Part shown: positions 58,999 through 64,000 of the stretch, in pieces
Layout: the number at the start of each line of letters is the position of its first letter
Position numbering within the stretch: the first letter of the stretch is position 1
Source of the DNA: Bacteroidales bacterium
GTDB taxonomy: Bacteria; Bacteroidota; Bacteroidia; Bacteroidales; G963667975
DNA length: 64,000 nt
Reading direction: 5' to 3'
Assembly (NCBI GenBank): GCA_963667975.1
Contig: OY764079.1
Span: 3,671,866 to 3,735,865, forward strand
Made by a program: the position numbers and the translations under genes
Notes under the pieces: model-generated
The model's database searches: none
What the model was told of the DNA's origin: nothing
Seen by the model: only the letters and a program-made list of their open reading frames with translations

Positions 58999-60552
58999 AT
59001 GGATAAAACAGTTATACTCTGGGCAGACGACGAAATCGATTTGCTCAAACCCCACGTAATGTTTCTAAACCAAAAAGGTTATGATGTGATTACCGCCACA
59101 AGTGGTAATGATGCCATTGACATATTGAAATCGAACGATGTAGATATTATCTTTTTGGATGAGCAGATGCCAGGACTTTCAGGAATTGAAACGCTAACAC
59201 AAATAAAAACATTACGGCCTACACTTCCAGTGGTGATGATTACAAAAAGTGAAGAAGAATCTATTATGGAAGAGGCTATTGGTTCAAAAATTTCCGACTA
59301 TCTTATCAAACCAGTAAACCCGAATCAAATTTTGCTTTGCCTGAAAAAAAACCTCGAAACCAAACGCATTGTTTCGGAAAAGACTTCTCACTCCTATCAA
59401 ATGGAGTTTCGAAACATTGGCATGGAAATCTCAAATAAACTTGATTTTCAGGAATGGAAAGAACTATACCGTAAGCTGGTTTACTGGGAAATAGAACTTT
59501 CCCGACTCCAGGATGAAAGCATGCTAACAATACTTCAGGATCAGAAGCGAGAAGCTAACAGACTGTTTTCCAGATTTATTGAGCGCAACTATACAGACTG
59601 GCTAAACGGAAAAACCAAAGAAAAGCCAATTCAGTCGCATACTCTGCTCCGCGAAAAACTTTTTCCATTGCTTAACGATAACAAACCAACATTTGTAATC
59701 CTGATTGATAATTTGCGCTACGACCAGTGGAAAGTATTACAACCCGCCATTGAAGAGTATTTTCGTGTAGATGAAGATGAAATTTATTATAGCATACTAC
59801 CTTCTGTTACACAATATGCACGTAACGCACTATTTTCAGGATTAATGCCTTCAGAAATCGAAAAGAAATATCCTCAATACTGGGTAAACGAAAATCAGGA
59901 AGGCAATAAAAACCAATACGAAGAAGTATTACTTGGCGAAAACCTGAAGCGTTTTGGGAAAGATTTTAAATATGCGTATCACAAGGTATTAAACGTTTCA
60001 TATGGCCGCAAGGTGATGGAATATATGCCTAACCTTATGCAAAATAAACTGAATGTAATTATCTACAATTTTGTAGATATGCTTTCACATGCAAGTACAG
60101 AGCTTGATCTGGTTCGTGAACTTGCTGAAGATGAAGCAGCTTATCGTTCGGTAACCTTATCGTGGTTTGAGCATTCTCCTTTGAGAGATATTTTCCAATA
60201 TCTCTCGGAACGCGATGTTAACGTGATTATTACTACGGATCACGGTTCTATTCGTGTTGAAAATCCGGTAAAGGTAAAAGGTGATCGTGAAACAAATACT
60301 AATTTACGCTATAAGATTGGTCGCATGCTCGACTATAATATTAATGATGTGTTTGAAGTACGAAATCCTGCCGATATTTTCCTTCCAAAACTCAACGTAA
60401 CTTCAAGCTTTATCTTTTGTAAAGAAGCTGATTTTTTTGCCTATCCAAACAATTACAATCAATATGTAAATTACTATCGTGACACGCTACAACATGGTGG
60501 TATTTCAATGGAAGAGATATTAATTCCGATTATTCGCTTAAAAAACAAATAA
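58999..60552 (+). CDS. porX: PorX-like response regulator: CheY-like receiver fused to a PglZ (alkaline-phosphatase-superfamily) domain.
   Basis: REC motifs (ILWADDE..., DIIFLDEQMPGLSG, KPV). C-terminal PglZ blocks (DNLRYDQW, ITTDHGS). 517 aa, matching T9SS PorX. Confidence 0.8.
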   Translation: MDKTVILWADDEIDLLKPHVMFLNQKGYDVITATSGNDAIDILKSNDVDIIFLDEQMPGLSGIETLTQIKTLRPTLPVVMITKSEEESIMEEAIGSKISDYLIKPVNPNQILLCLKKNLETKRIVSEKTSHSYQMEFRNIGMEISNKLDFQEWKELYRKLVYWEIELSRLQDESMLTILQDQKREANRLFSRFIERNYTDWLNGKTKEKPIQSHTLLREKLFPLLNDNKPTFVILIDNLRYDQWKVLQPAIEEYFRVDEDEIYYSILPSVTQYARNALFSGLMPSEIEKKYPQYWVNENQEGNKNQYEEVLLGENLKRFGKDFKYAYHKVLNVSYGRKVMEYMPNLMQNKLNVIIYNFVDMLSHASTELDLVRELAEDEAAYRSVTLSWFEHSPLRDIFQYLSERDVNVIITTDHGSIRVENPVKVKGDRETNTNLRYKIGRMLDYNINDVFEVRNPADIFLPKLNVTSSFIFCKEADFFAYPNNYNQYVNYYRDTLQHGGISMEEILIPIIRLKNK

Positions 60553-60558
60553 TACGAA

Positions 60559-60993
60559 ATGGAGATAATTTTAAACAGCTATTCTATCAGTGATCTACCA
60601 GAAGCTGCAACCATATTGCTAAACACATTCAAAAACAGTACTGTTTTTGCTTTTTACGGGCAAATGGGTGCCGGAAAAACGACTTTCATTAAGGAAATAT
60701 GCAAACAGTTACAGGTTTCTGATACGGTATGCAGCCCTACATTTTCACTGATAAATCAATACAATACAGAAAAAGGCGAACTAATATATCATTTTGATTT
60801 CTACCGGATAAAAAAACTTCAGGAAGCATATGATATTGGTTATGAAGATTATTTTTATGGCAACAATGGAATTTGTTTGGTAGAATGGCCTGAACTGATT
60901 GAAGAGTTATTGCCTCCCAAACATGTGAAAGTAAAAATTAGTGTGGAAGAAATTACTGAATGCCGAATCATAACCGCTTCTTCAGTTTTATAG
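60559..60993 (+). CDS. tsaE: tRNA t6A biosynthesis ATPase TsaE (YjeE).
   Basis: Walker A YGQMGAGKTTF. 144 aa. Confidence 0.85.
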   Translation: MEIILNSYSISDLPEAATILLNTFKNSTVFAFYGQMGAGKTTFIKEICKQLQVSDTVCSPTFSLINQYNTEKGELIYHFDFYRIKKLQEAYDIGYEDYFYGNNGICLVEWPELIEELLPPKHVKVKISVEEITECRIITASSVL

Positions 60994-61048
60994 CGTTATT
61001 TTTACATTATTGCATTCTGTTTTTCTACCTTTGATAAAATTTTAAGAG

Positions 61049-62275
61049 ATGGACAATCCTCAATCTGGTTATATTAAATTTTCGGGGAGTGAATCATTTT
61101 TACCTCAGGAAGAGATGCTCGAAGTGGCTCGTTCAAAGGCAAAACTTACGATAGGTGTTCCCCGCGAACTTGATCCGAATGAAAATCGTGTTTCGCTGGT
61201 TCCGGAAGCGGTGGCCTTGCTGATTGCAAATGGTCACAGGGTGTTAATTGAGAATCAAGCCGGAAAATCGGCTCATTTTGAAAATACGGAATACTCGGAA
61301 GTGGGCGCTGAAATTGTTTATAGCCACGAAGAAGTGTTTAAAGCGGATGTTATATGTAAAGTGTCGCCCTTTAGCTGCGAAGAGATTGAGATAATGACTC
61401 CGAAACAAACTATTATTTCAACCTTGCACTTCACCTCACAAAATGAAGGCTACTTCCGCAAACTTATCTCTAAAAAAGTAACGGCAATTGCGCTTGAATA
61501 TATCAAGGATAAAACAAAAACATTTACTATTCTGCGTTCTATCAGCGAGATTGCCGGAAATACGTCTGTTTTGATTGCCGGTGAATATCTGAGCAATACG
61601 CAATATGGTAAAGGAATTATGTTTGGAGGATTATCAGGTATTACCCCAACCGAAGTTGTGATTATCGGTGCCGGAACTGTAGGAGAATCTGCTGCACGGG
61701 CTGCAATGGGATTGGGCGCTTACGTGAAGGTTTTTGATAATTCGATATACAAATTGCGGCGGTTGCAAAACAATTTGAATGAACGTATTTTTACCTCCAT
61801 CATTCATCCAAAAGTTTTAACGAAAGCCCTGCGTACTGCACATGTGGTGATTGGCGCTGTTCACACATCCAAAGGAAGAACTCCGGTTATTGTTACCGAA
61901 GAGATGATACGCGAAATGAAACAGGGTAGTGTAATTATTGATGTTAGTATTGATCAGGGTGGATGCGTGGAAACATCGCATCCAACTACTCACTCTAATC
62001 CTATATTTCAGAAACACGGAGTAACACATTACTGTGTACCAAATATTTCGTCGAAGGTCCCTCACACCGCTTCGTACGCGTTGAGTAATTATTTTGGTCC
62101 GATGTTATTAAGTATAGGTGAATCGGGAGGCGTAAGTGATATGTTGAAAACGGATTACGGATTGCGTAACGGAGTATACCTCTACAACGGAATACTTACC
62201 AATAAATATGTAGGAGAATACTTCAACCTTCCTTCACAGGATATTGATCTGCTGATTGCTGCATTTATGCATTAA
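61049..62275 (+). CDS. ald: Alanine dehydrogenase (AlaDH/PNT family).
   Basis: GVPRELDPNENRVSLVP N-domain. NAD-binding IIGAGTVGESAA. The true start may be the internal Met. Confidence 0.85.
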   Translation: MDNPQSGYIKFSGSESFLPQEEMLEVARSKAKLTIGVPRELDPNENRVSLVPEAVALLIANGHRVLIENQAGKSAHFENTEYSEVGAEIVYSHEEVFKADVICKVSPFSCEEIEIMTPKQTIISTLHFTSQNEGYFRKLISKKVTAIALEYIKDKTKTFTILRSISEIAGNTSVLIAGEYLSNTQYGKGIMFGGLSGITPTEVVIIGAGTVGESAARAAMGLGAYVKVFDNSIYKLRRLQNNLNERIFTSIIHPKVLTKALRTAHVVIGAVHTSKGRTPVIVTEEMIREMKQGSVIIDVSIDQGGCVETSHPTTHSNPIFQKHGVTHYCVPNISSKVPHTASYALSNYFGPMLLSIGESGGVSDMLKTDYGLRNGVYLYNGILTNKYVGEYFNLPSQDIDLLIAAFMH

Positions 62276-62358
62276 TGTTTGTATTAGTGTGTTTTGAGCC
62301 ATTCGTTATTAGAAGAAACTTATCCATTTCAAATTTTCTGATTTCACCCAAAACTGCA

Positions 62359-63453
62359 CTATTCTCCTTTGCGATTCATTACCTCTTCCTGAAGACGGAT
62401 GGATTCATCGTGAATAATTTCCAAAAGACGTAGTATAAAGCGGGAATCAATACCCAAATCCGTTCCTTTCTGTAAGCGATCGTTGAGAAGAGTGTTCCAG
62501 CGGTCAAGTTGAAGAATCGTGAGATTTTGGTCGCGTTTCAAAATTCCCATTTCGGTTATTACCTGAAAACGGCGAGATAAAATTCTTAAAAATTCGTCAT
62601 CAAGTTCGTCAATTGAGGCACGCAACTCTTCCAGATGGTCAGGCTTTTCGGTACAGGCTGATCGAAAAACAAGCATCGACATTAGCTGACGGAATTGTAA
62701 GATATTTAACTGTTGTTTGGCATCTGTTAATGCTTTACGTGGATTAGGGTGAACTTCAATCATCAGTCCCTGCATTTCCAGGTCGAGTGCTTTTTGTGAA
62801 ACAGAAGCTATGTAATCGGGAATACCACAGATATGGCTCGGATCGCAGATAATGGGGATCTGAGGCATCACGCGTTTAAGTTCAATCGGGATTTCCCAAA
62901 GCGGAGCATTGCGATAAGGTTTGTTATCGAAAGTATGAAATCCACGATGGATTGCTGTTAATTCGTGTACCCCCATGTGCAGAAAACGTTCCAATGCGCC
63001 AATCCAAAGCTTTACATCGGGAGTGGGTGGATTCTTTACAAAAACAGGAACATCTACCCCTTTCAATGCTTCGGATAGTTCCTGAACTGAAAAAGGATTT
63101 CCTGTTGTTCGGGCACCTATCCACAACATATCAATTCCGGCTTTCAGACATGCATCAATATGCTCCGGATGTGCAACCTCCACAATGAGTGGAAGTTTAT
63201 ACTGTATTTTAATTTCCTGAAGCCACTGCAAACCCTCTAACCCTACTCCTTCAAACCCATTCGGGCGTGTACGGGGTTTCCATATTCCTGCCCTGAAAGC
63301 TTTTACTTCGGGCATTTCAGACAAACCTGCGGCAACTTCTTCTAACTGCTCACGCGATTCAGCGCTACACGGTCCGGCAATAATAAAAGGTTCGTTTTGA
63401 AAATTATATCGGGTAGTAATCATTCTGTTTGATACGCATTGAAGTCGTTGCAA
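62359..63453 (-). CDS. Bifunctional 3-deoxy-7-phosphoheptulonate synthase / chorismate mutase.
   Basis: N-terminal DAHP-synthase type-Ibeta TIM barrel. C-terminal AroQ chorismate-mutase helices (LRASIDELDDEFLRILSRR). Confidence 0.85.
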   Translation of the reverse strand: MQRLQCVSNRMITTRYNFQNEPFIIAGPCSAESREQLEEVAAGLSEMPEVKAFRAGIWKPRTRPNGFEGVGLEGLQWLQEIKIQYKLPLIVEVAHPEHIDACLKAGIDMLWIGARTTGNPFSVQELSEALKGVDVPVFVKNPPTPDVKLWIGALERFLHMGVHELTAIHRGFHTFDNKPYRNAPLWEIPIELKRVMPQIPIICDPSHICGIPDYIASVSQKALDLEMQGLMIEVHPNPRKALTDAKQQLNILQFRQLMSMLVFRSACTEKPDHLEELRASIDELDDEFLRILSRRFQVITEMGILKRDQNLTILQLDRWNTLLNDRLQKGTDLGIDSRFILRLLEIIHDESIRLQEEVMNRKGE

Positions 63454-63741
63454 AAATACAAAAAATAGAGCGGCGAATAGTTTTGATTTTCAGAATTAAA
63501 GCCTGTAATTACGGACGAAATGTCTCTTTCCGGAAAATTTCAAAAATCCTTTGCTAGTGTTTTTCTCAGCTTACAAAACCAAGATTTTTTCTTTTCCCTT
63601 AATCGTCACCACATTGAATACGCCAAAAATACTTTTCTACACATTTTGCTTTTACAGAATTTACAAACGAATGTTTTCGGGTGCTTACACGACCTCAACT
63701 TAAGCTGCAAGCAATAAAGACTAATATAAAACACCTCTCAG

Positions 63742-63808
63742 ATAAAAACATCGACTCCGTTTAGATCTGCAACTTTTCAGAAAGAGTTGCAGATCTAAAC
63801 GGAGTCGA
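63742..63808 (-). terminator. Very strong 24-bp perfect inverted repeat. It acts as a rho-independent terminator for the upstream minus-strand gene (U-run on the minus side).
   Basis: tcgactccgtttagatctgcaact-tttcagaaag-agttgcagatctaaacggagtcga. The minus strand continues UGUUUUUAUCU. Confidence 0.6.
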
Positions 63809-63870
63809 AATAGATAAAAGCTGTTATTTTACGCACAGCCTTTTCAGTATTTTAAGGTTTTATAGAAAGA

Positions 63871-64000
63871 ATTATACCAATCCCTTTTGTTTCATATATT
63901 CATCCAGCAAACGGGAAACATATTTTCCAAAAATATCAAATTCGATGTTCACAATAGTGCCAGGCTTGAAATTATGAAAATTAGTCACCTGATAGGTAAA
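63871..64000 (-). CDS. ribE: Riboflavin synthase, C-terminal fragment (5' end beyond the window).
   Basis: Hand-translated ...FTYQVTNFHNFKPGTIVNIEFDIFGKYVSRLLDEYMKQKGLV*, matching the riboflavin synthase C-terminal barrel (..VNLE.D..GKYV.RLL). Confidence 0.6.

Noticed and set aside
58999-60552. A PglZ domain might indicate a BREX phage-defence system.
   Set aside because: PglZ is fused to a CheY-like receiver, which is the PorX architecture. There is no BrxA/B/C, PglX methyltransferase or BrxL nearby. The neighbours are unrelated housekeeping genes.
63520-63717. 65-aa ORF upstream of the DAHP synthase gene.
   Set aside because: It falls in the promoter/leader region next to the 24-bp inverted repeat and has no recognisable features. 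It is likely non-coding.

Overview
This 64 kb window looks like a Bacteroidota chromosome segment (AT-rich, TAnnTTTG-type promoters, T9SS cargo, a PorX-like regulator, an Rnf complex). Most of it is housekeeping. A tripartite RND efflux operon is coupled to a LytS/LytTR two-component system. A minus-strand rseC-rnfBCDGEA operon is present. Other recognisable genes include rpsO-pnp, rpe, an nfeD-flotillin pair, dapD, truA, sucC, glmM and a second phosphohexomutase, an exopolysaccharide module (flippase / pyruvyl transferase / GT2), tsaC, tsaE, ald, and a DAHP synthase-chorismate mutase fusion. One tRNA-Asp(GTC) is present. A 23-nt copy of its 3' end, with its own terminator, lies 8.5 kb away and brackets the efflux/TCS module. 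The most unusual locus is at 46.7-48.5 kb. It is a ~1.3 kb cassette carrying a GIY-YIG-like nuclease ORF and a GC-rich structured segment. The cassette is flanked by ~80-bp imperfect direct repeats and followed by a dense GATTGA/TCAATC repeat array. Two other candidates for undescribed biology are an N-extended histidine-phosphatase gene paired with a degenerate-GGDEF membrane protein (11.9-14.1 kb), and a Crp/Fnr-linked cluster next to rnf encoding a lipoprotein with an ApbE-type flavinylation motif plus DUF2231/DUF3795-like proteins. No rRNA, CRISPR array, transposase or integrase was found.
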